From assembly GCA_944392615.1 (NCBI GenBank), contig CALXXF010000003.1, positions 12,191-76,190 of the forward strand: a DNA stretch of 64,000 nucleotides, written 5' to 3'. The translations under genes were made by a program, and so were the position numbers. The notes under the pieces were generated by a model. It saw only the letters and a program-made list of their open reading frames with translations, was not told the origin of the DNA and made no database searches. This stretch comes from an uncultured Clostridia bacterium. GTDB taxonomy: Bacteria; Bacillota; Clostridia; Oscillospirales; CAG-272. Shown here one piece after another: positions 39,473 to 49,952 of this stretch (its first letter is position 1; every line of letters begins with the position of its first letter).

Positions 39473-39597
39473 CCGTATTATGCCGCCCTCCGGGCGGGTT
39501 TGTTTTTTTGTTGTGTCACTGCAGATGCTGTTACAGCATTTTGTCATTGCGGTGTGTTATATGAAATAGTCAGCAAGATTCTTGGTGAACAGGCAAA

Positions 39598-40929
39598 CTA
39601 CTTAACTATGTCATCATCTTCATCTGCGTCAGGGGCAGGCGTCCTATCTTCGTCTGAATTCACCGCGTGTTCTTCAGAAGCACTTGCACGCTTGTTTTTG
39701 CGGCGCCCGAAGAAGCCGGGCGGATTTTTGTCGTTTTCCGTCTGCTCTGTATTTATCTGCTCCGCAAGTCCCTTTTTGAGCAGACGCTTGTTTATAGCCT
39801 CACCGACCAGAGTATAGATGACGGCGAAGAGCGGCACTCCGAAAAACATGCCGAATATGCCGAACAGCGCACCCATCACGAGTATAGCTATCATTATCCA
39901 CACCCCGCCTATACCGACCTTGTCGCCGAGTATGTTCGGAGCTATTATATTTCCGTCTATCTGCTGTACCACAAGTATTATCACGGCAAAGACTATTGCC
40001 TTTCTGAGTCCTCCGTCAGGAACGACAAGTACAATTATGGCACTCGGTATAGCTCCGAGAAAGGGCCCGAAGACAGGGATAAGGTCTGTAACGCCTATGA
40101 TAAGCGAAATCATAGGGTAGTAAGGTATTCCGAATATCCACGTGAGAAGATACACTATTATCATGACTATCATGGAGTCGATGATCTTTCCTCTCACGAA
40201 CTGACCGAATTTTTTGTCCACCGTTGTCATGAAGTGACCGAGCACGATGTTTTGCTTGAAGGAAAAGAAAGCCAAGAAAAAGCGCTTTATCTGCATTATC
40301 AGAACTTCTTTTGATGCAAGAAAATATATCGACAGGAAAAGTCCGAGAAGCAGGTTTTTTGCGACGGTAAATATACTTATGAGAAAATTGACAGATGATG
40401 AAACTATCGAACCTGTGCCGCCTATGATGGTTTCCACTATGCTGTCTATTGTGCCGGGAATGTCGAAATTGTTCATGAGCAGCTCGTACAGCGAGGCAAA
40501 ATTCTCATTGGTGTCTATCAGTTCCTGTATTCTGAACGGAATGGAATTTATGAAGCTCGCAAGCTGACCTGCAAGGTCCCTGACACTGCTTACAAGGTTC
40601 GGAACCAGAATGGACAGAAACGCCGTGATAAAAAGCAGAAAACATATATACGTGCAGATAAGACCGAGCGCGCGAAGACCTTTTTTGCCTATCTTACCTT
40701 TTGAAATACGCATAAACAGCTTTATTTCAAACATTCTGAGTATCGGGTTCAGAAGATACGCGATGATTATCCCGTAAAATATAGGGCTGAACATCTCGCT
40801 GAGTACATCTGTGACGGTTGTCAGCGAGTTGTGATTAACTATAAAATTGACGCAGAGAATTGCAAAAAGCACAACGCCGCAGGCGTACACGGCATAGGTA
40901 GTGTATTTTTTGTTAAACTGCCACTTCAC
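39598..40929 (-). CDS. AI-2E family transporter
   Basis: PIFYGIIIAYLLNP, IPVFGPFLGAIP, QQIDGNIIAPNILG, GMFFGVP; GTG start after GGAGG. Confidence 0.88.
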   Translation of the reverse strand: MKWQFNKKYTTYAVYACGVVLFAILCVNFIVNHNSLTTVTDVLSEMFSPIFYGIIIAYLLNPILRMFEIKLFMRISKGKIGKKGLRALGLICTYICFLLFITAFLSILVPNLVSSVRDLAGQLASFINSIPFRIQELIDTNENFASLYELLMNNFDIPGTIDSIVETIIGGTGSIVSSSVNFLISIFTVAKNLLLGLFLSIYFLASKEVLIMQIKRFFLAFFSFKQNIVLGHFMTTVDKKFGQFVRGKIIDSMIVMIIVYLLTWIFGIPYYPMISLIIGVTDLIPVFGPFLGAIPSAIIVLVVPDGGLRKAIVFAVIILVVQQIDGNIIAPNILGDKVGIGGVWIMIAILVMGALFGIFGMFFGVPLFAVIYTLVGEAINKRLLKKGLAEQINTEQTENDKNPPGFFGRRKNKRASASEEHAVNSDEDRTPAPDADEDDDIVK

Positions 40930-41296
40930 TTGACGACCTCCACGATAATCTGCTAATATTCTATAACAAAAGCTCCCGAAAATCAACATGTTTTTTTAAA
41001 AGTGTTTGAAAGTATTGAAAAAAATTATATAAGATAATATAATACTTATACAGCGGTCTGATACAGTTTTGATATAATGCAGTCGTATGCAGTATTCCAT
41101 GTTGTACCTGCAGTCCGGGAGAGCGCACTTACTGACAGAGGTATTCATTGTGCCTTTCGTCTCGGATGTGTACCAATTTCGTATTTTATGTCGCTTATGT
41201 CGACGTAGCGGACATGTCAAATGTAATTGCGGTCAAATGTAACTGCGTATGAACTGCCGCGGATATATCGCTGGCATTTCACAAAAAGGTGATTTT

Positions 41297-42232
41297 ATGG
41301 ATTTTTTTTATAAAGATGCGTTTGCTTACGACGGAAGTGACCTCGGCATCAGACTTTCTGAAAACTCAGCGTCGATAATGTGTCCTGCAAAGATAAATCT
41401 TTTTCTTGAAATAACCGGAAAAAGAAATGACGGCTATCATACCATAGAGAGCGTAATGCAGAGAGTATCTCTCTGTGACCGCGTGGAAGTGAGGTTGGGA
41501 GTCGGAAAGGGAATATCGGCAGTATGCAGTGTCCCCGGAGTACCCTCAGGCGATAAAAACACAGCATGTGTTGCTGCAGAAAAATATCTGAGTGCCGCAG
41601 GTGTATCCGGAAGCGTAGAAATATCAATAGAGAAAATAATACCTGTTTCAGCAGGACTTGCAGGAGGCTCGGCAGACGCAGCGGGAACGCTTGCGGCACT
41701 CCATGCGCTGATTGGAAGGGTTGATGAGCATGACCTTGCCGGAATCGCGCTATCTGTAGGTGCGGATGTCCCATTCTGTCTGTTTTCTGTAAGCGCACTT
41801 TGCAAAGGAGTCGGAGAGAGGATTGCCCCATGCCCGTCGTTGCCTGATTCCTTCATAGTGATTGCAAAGCATCCGGAAGAAGCCGTTTCCACTGCCGAGG
41901 CTTACAGGCTCGCCGATTCGGTCACACTCAGTAAAAACGGCTCTCATGCTATTACCGAAGCTCTGAAAAAAGGCGATATAGCACGGGTATGTTCAGAAAT
42001 GAAAAATGATTTTGAGACAGTGCTTCTTCACAGTGTCCCATACGCACGCAAGGCCATTGCTGTGATGAAGGATTTTTCTGCACTTGGGACAATGATGAGC
42101 GGAAGCGGGCCCTCTGTGTTCGGTATATTCGACGATTCCTGCAAGGCAGCTTCTGCGTGCGACTTTCTCGCTTCTGACGGATATGTGTCATTTGTATGCC
42201 GTCCGGTGGGATGGCAGCGCGTTCTGCCCTAA
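41297..42232 (+). CDS. ispE: 4-diphosphocytidyl-2-C-methyl-D-erythritol kinase
   Basis: PAKINLFLEITGKRNDGYH, IPVSAGLAGGSADAA, GADVPFC, MSGSGPSVFG. Confidence 0.93.
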   Translation: MDFFYKDAFAYDGSDLGIRLSENSASIMCPAKINLFLEITGKRNDGYHTIESVMQRVSLCDRVEVRLGVGKGISAVCSVPGVPSGDKNTACVAAEKYLSAAGVSGSVEISIEKIIPVSAGLAGGSADAAGTLAALHALIGRVDEHDLAGIALSVGADVPFCLFSVSALCKGVGERIAPCPSLPDSFIVIAKHPEEAVSTAEAYRLADSVTLSKNGSHAITEALKKGDIARVCSEMKNDFETVLLHSVPYARKAIAVMKDFSALGTMMSGSGPSVFGIFDDSCKAASACDFLASDGYVSFVCRPVGWQRVLP

Positions 42233-42453
42233 GCGCAAATGCCTCCCCGGCAGAATTGTCGCCGAAGTTGCAGCCACAGCCGCAGCCGTATTGCCTTTGG
42301 TATACGGCTGCGGCGTTTTATTTCTGACGCATCTTTTTTCATTTCTGCGTTTTTCCATGACAATGCGTTGTCAGAAGATGATATTCTGAGCTCCTCCCGT
42401 TCTGTTACTTTTATGAGTAAAGGAAAGAAAAATCTGTGAGGTAAACCCTGCTT

Positions 42454-43530
42454 TCAAAGACGCGGAGTGCCGAAAAGGTCTGAGCATATATTTGTGCCAA
42501 GGTCGTCGATTTTTTCAAAGTCCATGGCTTCTATATAATATTTTTCGAGCTCGTCGTGCATCTCGCCGATTGAGGAAAGTATGCGCGCGGCTTCTTTTTC
42601 AGCCAGCTTGCCTATATGTGCCGAAGCACGGAGTTCGCTTTTTATTTTGCCTGCTCCGCGTTCATTCACGAATCTCTCCGTGTTCAGTGTCCGTCCGGTT
42701 CGCTCCGAGCCGAGCGGAAGCGATATCAGAAGAGAGCACGAGGGTATTCTTACAGAACAGATCTTTTCGTCGGCAGGTATGCGCGATATTTCTATATCCG
42801 CACCGTATTCCAGAAGCTCCCTGCAGAGAATCTCAAAAAAATTATGCGACAGGCACAGTCTGTCACGAAGTATATACGCTGTCTGGGAATCTTCAAAAAG
42901 GCTGTCAAAACATACGGAGCCATGTACGCCGAAGGCGCATACCTGCTTCGATGTCACCTTTCCGCCCGCCTTCTGAGGGCGGTGTTTTTTTATAAGCTTT
43001 TTCGATACTTCCGATGCCGCTTTTGGGTCAAATATCTCCGCGGCGCGCAAATCATATGCGTCCTCCGCGCCTTTGGCTGAAGCAAGAAGGGCGTATACTC
43101 TTTTATATTCACCGCTTATAGAGTCAGTAAGCCTGACAATTTCATCGGTGTGGCGTCTGAGCATACCGACGTCCCAGTATTCGCCGAGGTTTATTATACT
43201 GTCTGATGCTCCGGGATATTTCGGGTCGGTCATATGCGGAGCTGTGCCGTCAAGAAATACCTTTCCGAGTTGCGGCAACGCGACGGCATCGAGAGACCTT
43301 GTATCTGATGAACAATAATATTTGTTGCACACGATCCCCCTGCTTTGCGCCTCTGCCGCAATCTTTTTCATAAGGGAGGATTTTCCGGTTCCGGGGCCGC
43401 CTTTTATTATGTTTTTTGAATATCCGTCAAAGAGCACAGTAAAAAGGGATACAAAACCCCTGTGAGTGTTCATTGCGGCAAAGTATGAATTGCTTCCGGA
43501 AAGCGCTGCGGGACTTTCAAAAAAAGACAT
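42454..43530 (-). CDS. P-loop ATPase, PRK06851-like
   Basis: YFAAMNTHRGFVS, IKGGPGTGKSSLMK, CSSD..SLDAV, DGTAPH, HDELEKYYIEAMDF. Confidence 0.7.
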   Translation of the reverse strand: MSFFESPAALSGSNSYFAAMNTHRGFVSLFTVLFDGYSKNIIKGGPGTGKSSLMKKIAAEAQSRGIVCNKYYCSSDTRSLDAVALPQLGKVFLDGTAPHMTDPKYPGASDSIINLGEYWDVGMLRRHTDEIVRLTDSISGEYKRVYALLASAKGAEDAYDLRAAEIFDPKAASEVSKKLIKKHRPQKAGGKVTSKQVCAFGVHGSVCFDSLFEDSQTAYILRDRLCLSHNFFEILCRELLEYGADIEISRIPADEKICSVRIPSCSLLISLPLGSERTGRTLNTERFVNERGAGKIKSELRASAHIGKLAEKEAARILSSIGEMHDELEKYYIEAMDFEKIDDLGTNICSDLFGTPRL

Positions 43531-43952
43531 ATACTGTACCTCGATTCATATTCTTTCTGTACAGTATATGTTGTCTTGCTTCTGTTGACATTATGTTATG
43601 ATTATTGACTCAAAGCGCTTTTTTAAATCGATTGAGCCCGAAAAACAAAAAAAACAAAAAAGCGTCAAAGAAAGAAATTATAAAAAGAATCGTCAATCGT
43701 AAAATACGCTCGCATCGGATTTTTGTCAATCAGGAGTTTGCATATCACTCGCGGCGGATTTTTGAAAGCACCAGAGTCGGAACTGAATCTTTAAAAATGT
43801 CAACCTTAGGTTGCATCTGTTGCGTTGGATGTATTTTGAAAAAGCGTTCCCTGAGTCTTTAATTATGCCGACGAAATATACGGTATATACCGGTCTTTCG
43901 TCCGGGCATTGAAAGACGCACATTGTACGCATCAGAGGCTTTGCGGTGAACT

Positions 43953-44762
43953 TTAAGATCCTGTTTTATTACAGCCTGTAATATTTCCGCTCCTGTTTTT
44001 TTCAAGTACAAAGAAAGACAGTATCGAAGCCGCTGATGCCGCGGAAAGCGCACAGCTGAACTTTCTGCCGTATTCGAGCCTTACGATCTCATCTGCCTGC
44101 CTGAGAAGCTCTTTTGAAAGACCACGTTTTTCTCCTCCGACGGCAAGAAGAAGAGGTGCGGACAGGTCGGCATCTGCTACCGGGCGGGAATTCGGTATAT
44201 CGGCGCATACAATTCTGAATCCGGATCCGGAAAAGATCCGCCCGACCTCTTCTGCGCTTTCACATATGTATATACGCATGCGCTCACTGCTTCCGGCGGA
44301 AGCCCGGCATACAACGCCGGCTGCGCTCATCCAGTTTCTCTTGCCGACAACTACTCCGTCAGCACCGGACGCATATATTGAGCGCAGGGCGTATCCGAAA
44401 TTGTACGGGTCTTCTATACCGTCAAGAAGAACAAAAAAATTTTTTCCGCACAGCTCTTCCTTGCTGAGCATCGGAATAGTCCTGCCTGAGCATACGGTTA
44501 TTATTCCGCCGTGCGATGTACCTATAGCTATCGAATCTATATGCTCTGACGGGACAAATTCAACAGGAAACGAATGCTGCGCGCTCATTGCCCTTATGTA
44601 AGAAAGGTGGGAACGAAGCGCGGCTTTTCTTTCGTTTGATACCAATACTTTTTCTATTTTCCTGTCTGTCACGCCGTTTTCGATCCCGTTCACGACGGCT
44701 CTGAAGGATATCATTCCCTCCATTATGTTGCTCTGGCTCTGCTTTTCCGCCTCTTTTATCAT
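43953..44762 (-). CDS. TrmH/SpoU family RNA methyltransferase
   Basis: LDGIEDPYNFGYALRS, RASAG, VGGEKRGLS, LSAASAASI; GGAGG RBS. Confidence 0.85.
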   Translation of the reverse strand: MIKEAEKQSQSNIMEGMISFRAVVNGIENGVTDRKIEKVLVSNERKAALRSHLSYIRAMSAQHSFPVEFVPSEHIDSIAIGTSHGGIITVCSGRTIPMLSKEELCGKNFFVLLDGIEDPYNFGYALRSIYASGADGVVVGKRNWMSAAGVVCRASAGSSERMRIYICESAEEVGRIFSGSGFRIVCADIPNSRPVADADLSAPLLLAVGGEKRGLSKELLRQADEIVRLEYGRKFSCALSAASAASILSFFVLEKNRSGNITGCNKTGS

Positions 44763-45156
44763 AAAATTCAAAACCTCCCGGAAAGACTTGAAAAAATCTG
44801 GAAACATGAGGTATCTGGCGCCTTCATGCGTCTGCAATTAAAACGTGCAGAATAGATCTATGCTCATAAATACCGTCAGATTCGTTGCTGTTTTATTGTG
44901 CAAACGTCGACAGACACTCAGACACCGCATCGCGCACCGATCTGAAATCGCGTCCTGACGTAAGCCGGTCGCCGGCGGACCGGCGGCAATATAAACCGTC
45001 AGCTGCGCGGACCGGCGGCAAAGTAGCCGTCAGCTGCGTAAACTAAAAGTTGCGTTAAGCCGGTAAAGTGACAATCAGAGGTTCGGTCTTTTTAAGCCAT
45101 GATATCCGGCGTTGTGCGGCGCGCTTGATCTGCGTCTGACATGATGCGGAAACATA

Positions 45157-46128
45157 TTATTTCCCGGCATTTTTCCTGAGCATCATATAGTATCCCTCTC
45201 TTGCTCCGCCTTCTACGACGGTGAGATTTTTATGCCCGGATTTTTTCAAAAGCTCGGTATATATTACAATACCCGGTACAAAGGTAGTGACTCTGTCGGG
45301 CGCGATATCTTGCAAAATGCGGAGAGCTCTCTGTCTGTCCTGCATAAGATAGACACCGAGCTCAGACAGTCCGGAAAGCCCTATTGTAAACGGCGCGCAG
45401 GGATCGTTTATCACCGAACCGGCGAACGGAATTTCTTGCTTTTTCATAAGAAACAAGCAGACAGAGCGTATGGCACGAACAGTCCCGCCCAGAGCGTAAA
45501 AGGCGCTGTCGGATGTAAAGTCGTATGCCAGCTCTTCGGCTGCGCTCAGTGCAAATCCCGCAAAAAAACCTGACATCAACGACAACACTCTTTTGTCCGG
45601 AATTTTACAGTCGGTTTCATTTTCAAATTTTTTATAAAGAGAGAGTGCTCCGCATGGCAGGGAGATAGCTTTTACCCGGTCATTAACCCTGTCAAAGCGC
45701 ATTACCTCACAGCTTCCTCCGCCCAAATCGGTGAGAAATCCAGTATCTGCAATGAAGTTGTTTGCAAACAACATTCCGTTGTATGAGAGCTCAGCTTCCT
45801 TTTCTCCGCTGATTATATCTATGTCATATCCTGTTTTTTTTCTCACCGCATCTTTTACGGCCGAGCTGTTTGAGGCTGCTCTGAGAGCAGCAGTAGCAAA
45901 AAGATACACGCTGCCGCGGGAGCAACCGTGGCAGAGAGCGCTTTGCACAAATTTGTCTATAGTTTCTGTAAGAAGCTCGACGCCTCTTTTGCTTATAGAC
46001 GACGTGCCTGCCTCTGTGAGCCCTATGAGCCCCAGAGGTCTGGCTTCGCTGAAAACGGCTTCTGCGCTTTCCGAAAAGACAGTGAATTTAACTGTGTTTG
46101 AACCTATGTCTATTACGGCGGTGTTCAC
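45157..46128 (-). CDS. Ppx/GppA family phosphatase (short form)
   Basis: AVIDIGSNTVK, ATAALRAASN, IISGEKEA, DLGGGSCE, GAREG. Confidence 0.85.
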   Translation of the reverse strand: MNTAVIDIGSNTVKFTVFSESAEAVFSEARPLGLIGLTEAGTSSISKRGVELLTETIDKFVQSALCHGCSRGSVYLFATAALRAASNSSAVKDAVRKKTGYDIDIISGEKEAELSYNGMLFANNFIADTGFLTDLGGGSCEVMRFDRVNDRVKAISLPCGALSLYKKFENETDCKIPDKRVLSLMSGFFAGFALSAAEELAYDFTSDSAFYALGGTVRAIRSVCLFLMKKQEIPFAGSVINDPCAPFTIGLSGLSELGVYLMQDRQRALRILQDIAPDRVTTFVPGIVIYTELLKKSGHKNLTVVEGGAREGYYMMLRKNAGK

Positions 46129-46316
46129 AAAATGTCTCCTTATCAAAACGAAAATCCATACGTTAGTCTATCATAAAAAGCTGTGTTTGGCAACAAAAAA
46201 ACAAAAAACGGAAAGCAGACAAGCAGAATGTTATATAAATATATCGGATATATCGGATAACGTCCATCAAGCTCATGACAAAAACCGGGGCAGTACCGGA
46301 GGAAAGGAAGAATGCC

Positions 46317-47015
46317 ATGCCGCTTATCTCGGCTTTTATAAAGCTGATTTTCATGTTCCTGCGAGTCGAAGACAAAAACTCTTTTCCGCCGCCTCTTTCG
46401 GCGCAGGAGGAAATGGAATGCTTCGAAAGAATGAAAAAAGGCGATGCCAAAGCGAGAGAAAAGCTGATACTCCACAATCTCAGGCTTGTTGCTCATATTG
46501 TCAAAAAATATTCTGCAAACGAGAAAAATCAGGAGGATCTCATATCAATAGGAACGATAGGGCTCATCAAGGCTATAGATTCATACGATCCGTCAAACGG
46601 AACAAGATTTGCAACCTATGCCGGGAAATGCCTTCAGAACGAGATACTCATGCATTTCAGGGCCCTGAAAAAATCAAGGTGCGAAGTTTCGATAAATGAA
46701 ACGATAGACGTTGACAAAGACGGAAATCCGCTCACATATATGGACGTCATCTGTACCGATGATACTATTGCAGATGATATTTTTGTCAAAATATCAGGCG
46801 CAAAAGCAAGAAGAATAATAAACGCAGTGCTCGGTGAACGGGAAAAAGAGATAATCACCATGAGATATGGTCTGGATGACAGCGACCCCATGACGCAGCG
46901 CGAGATTGCCGCACTTCTGGGCATATCACGTTCTTATGTGAGCCGCATAGAAAAATCGGCATTGTGCAAGATACAGGATTGCATGTGTACAGATATGTCA
47001 CACATTTCCGAGTGA
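46317..47015 (+). CDS. sigK: Mother-cell sporulation sigma factor pro-sigma-K
   Basis: Hydrophobic pro-sequence, SFPPPLS, HNLRLVAHIVKKY, EDLISIGTIGLIKAI, NEILMHFR, TQREIA..LGISRSYVSRIEK; uninterrupted. Confidence 0.92.
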   Translation: MPLISAFIKLIFMFLRVEDKNSFPPPLSAQEEMECFERMKKGDAKAREKLILHNLRLVAHIVKKYSANEKNQEDLISIGTIGLIKAIDSYDPSNGTRFATYAGKCLQNEILMHFRALKKSRCEVSINETIDVDKDGNPLTYMDVICTDDTIADDIFVKISGAKARRIINAVLGEREKEIITMRYGLDDSDPMTQREIAALLGISRSYVSRIEKSALCKIQDCMCTDMSHISE

Positions 47016-47170
47016 TACTCAAATTTATCTGATGAACCTGCATATGCCGGAGAGATGCGCGCTGCCTGAGCGCTTTGCAAAGTATATTCTGCATGTGAGT
47101 ATAAACGCCGGCGCGCCGTCATATATTTTTATAAAACCGCAAATTATAAAAGCTACAAAGGAGTTTTGCT

Positions 47171-48736
47171 GTGGATAATACGGAAAACAACGAATTTGAG
47201 ATAATACCCATGCGCAGGGAGGACAGAACGCAGGGAATGATCGATATCTCAAGGGATTTTATACTTCCAGACATGTATGCAGATATAAAACGCATACTTT
47301 TTGCAAACGGAAGAATGTCGCCTGACGGATGTTATGTTTCGGGCTCAAAGGCTTCGTTCGGAGCGCGTATGGAATTCTGCGTCGGATTTGTGACTGACGA
47401 AGAAGAAATACGCTGCGCAACATTCAGCTGTGATTTTGAGGGAAATGTAACTGTTGCAGAGGACATAGACAGCGACATTGTATTCATGCCGCGTTTTGAT
47501 TCGGTGAGCGCGCGCTCTGTAAATCCCCGGAAGATAGGTATAAAGGCAAGGGTAAATCCGGGAATGTTTGTATGGGAAAACAGGGACTGCTCAGCCGGAT
47601 ATCCGGAATCGATAAACTATCCGGACAGAATGACATTTGAAGAAAAAAAAGACAAAATCTCACTTATTAAAATGAAAAGCTTCAATGTGTCCGGAATAGA
47701 ATCCGGAGACGATATAAGCATAGACGGCACGCCTGCCGTTAAGGACATTTTATTTTGTAATATCACCTTTTCCGATACAGATGCGCAGGGACGTGACAAC
47801 GCAGTTGCTGTGAACGCATCTGCCGATGTAAGCTATGCCTATACATATGAAGACAGGGACGGCAGTGAAAAAGTTTGCTTTGCCACACATGAAATACCGG
47901 TGTCATACTTGATGGAGGCGGAGGGAGTATCGGAAAAGGACCGCTGTTTTGCACGTCTGCATTGCGATACAGTATCTTTTTATCCTGCGGATGACGCAGC
48001 TGGTCAGGCAAAAACCATCGAACTTGATTTTTCATATTCCGTGCTTTGTTCTGTATGCACAGCTGAAGAGGCGGAAATAGTAAAGGACGTCTATTCCGTG
48101 GTATACGACTGTGAGCCGGAGCAGGGAGAGATAAAATACTCTTCATATATCAGGCAGGACCGCGGCGCTGTAAAATCTGCCTGCCAGACGCCGTTCAAGG
48201 AGGACGGAGAAGTCATCGGGGTCGTAGGAAGCGTAAGAAACATCTCGCTTACAGAGGGAGCAGACAAGGGGGCGGAGCTTTCGGCACAGGTCAGTCTCTC
48301 TGTGATAATAAGGGAAAACGACGGCAGCACGGTTTGCGAGAACATAGATATGCCTCTGTCGGTACCCGTGGGCGTTCCGTATTCTCCAGCGCTTGAAGGG
48401 CTTTCAGATATGTCACTGAAGTCTTGCTCAGCTTCACTCGGCGGAGGAAATATTTCTGCACAGGCGTCGGTCAGCGTATCGTCGCTTACATGGGAAAACA
48501 GACGCGAAAAGTGCGTGCGGACAGTAAATGTAATGGGCAAAAGCAAAATCGAAGACAGAAAGGCGTTTACAGTATATTATCCCTGCGAGGGGGAGAGCTT
48601 GTGGGATATAGCAAAAAAATACCGCGTTACAAGAAATTCACTCATAATGGCAAACAGTGAAAAAGGCGGAGCAGAAGGGAAGAAGGCACTAATAATTCCC
48701 AAAAACAAAAAAAGTATTTTTTCGGGAATCATATGA
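47171..48736 (+). CDS. Spore coat assembly protein with SPOCS (DUF3794) repeats and C-terminal LysM (SipL-like)
   Basis: DFILPDMYADIKRIL at the N-terminus, C-terminal YYPCEGESLWDIAKKY LysM. Confidence 0.75.
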   Translation: MDNTENNEFEIIPMRREDRTQGMIDISRDFILPDMYADIKRILFANGRMSPDGCYVSGSKASFGARMEFCVGFVTDEEEIRCATFSCDFEGNVTVAEDIDSDIVFMPRFDSVSARSVNPRKIGIKARVNPGMFVWENRDCSAGYPESINYPDRMTFEEKKDKISLIKMKSFNVSGIESGDDISIDGTPAVKDILFCNITFSDTDAQGRDNAVAVNASADVSYAYTYEDRDGSEKVCFATHEIPVSYLMEAEGVSEKDRCFARLHCDTVSFYPADDAAGQAKTIELDFSYSVLCSVCTAEEAEIVKDVYSVVYDCEPEQGEIKYSSYIRQDRGAVKSACQTPFKEDGEVIGVVGSVRNISLTEGADKGAELSAQVSLSVIIRENDGSTVCENIDMPLSVPVGVPYSPALEGLSDMSLKSCSASLGGGNISAQASVSVSSLTWENRREKCVRTVNVMGKSKIEDRKAFTVYYPCEGESLWDIAKKYRVTRNSLIMANSEKGGAEGKKALIIPKNKKSIFSGII

Positions 48737-49287
48737 CAAAAACGTGATAAAACTCTTTTGCGGAGGCTTCCGGTCCGCAAAGCCCTATGCCTGAAGCATA
48801 CTGCCGTTGAGAAACTCCACAAGTGAAGGTCAAAGCGCATACAGCAGCAGTTACAATGATATATGTCAGCTGTCAGAGCAAGTCCGGATACTGCATGCAG
48901 AACGTCATCCGGATGAAAGGATAAAGGCACTGTGTGTTTTTACATTCGGAAAAATCGCACAAACAAAAAATATCGGTTTCCAAATAGTATATCAGTCTCC
49001 AAATAATATGCGGCGGGCGTCCGATACAATTATCCGGACGCCTGTCCTTTATGTTTATATGTAAAACAGCAGTGCAGATAAAGCGAGCGGTATTACAGGA
49101 CAGACCGACATATCAGAAAATCTGACCACAGTCGTGTATGAAGCCGCAATGTTCATACTGAAACACATAGCTTGCAGTAGTGGGCGCAAATCAGAAGATA
49201 TGACGCACATGTCAGGTATCTGATGCGCGCGATAGAGTGCTTTTTACTTTGGTGTCGAACTTGCAAACCGGGATGTTTTAAAAATTT

Positions 49288-49364
49288 TCAGTCAGAGTCA
49301 GGCGCGCTCAGTCAGGGTCGGGCACGCTCAGTCAGAGTCAGGCACGCTCAGTCAGGGTCAGGCG
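49288..49364. repeat. Tandem repeat, about 3.8 x 20 bp (GTCAGRGTCRGGCRCGCTCA)
   Basis: Degenerate head-to-tail copies in a long intergenic region. Confidence 0.85.
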
Positions 49365-49952
49365 TCTGAAGACCGTCACGAGCTGGCGCATCACTTGTCC
49401 GGCGCTTTGCGGACAAGCAATTACAGTATTTTCAAAGCATAAAATTCACGTCCGTGAAAAAAATAAATTTTGAAATGCGGCGCCGACGCAAATTTCTATG
49501 CGCGGTACCGGCGCTATATGTTTTCGTGCGAAAGATTTCCGCTGCGGACGGCAGACGCTGCCCGTGCCGTTAAATGCTCTGCATAAGTATTCCCCGCGCA
49601 GCTCACTGATATGTGACGATATGCGGAGATGTTAAGGAACTTTTACGGGCGGAAAAACAGCGCCGCTTTTCATTTTGGCATTTTCGAGGAAAGGTCGCTT
49701 TCTCGCCGCGGCAAAAGGAACGGCACTGTCTTAAAACGTGTGACTGAGATTTTTCGGAATTTACGGAATAATATTTCTCTGCGTTTGCATTTGACTTTAA
49801 CGAGAGAAATATGTTTAGAAAAAAGGCATGTCCTGAAAACACTTTCTGAAGGGCATGTCCTGAAAAACGTGAAATACGAAAAAAATCTTGAAAAATCAGA
49901 AAACGCACGGCAGACCGCTTTTCCACTCACGGTGTCAAAGCAGTTTTATGCG

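Noticed and set aside
49629-49952. 108-aa N-terminal extension of SpoIVB in the ORF track (similar extensions on truB, gcvT, uvrA, gpr)
   Set aside because: Not protein-like, and a downstream start with a signal segment or RBS fits the family better.
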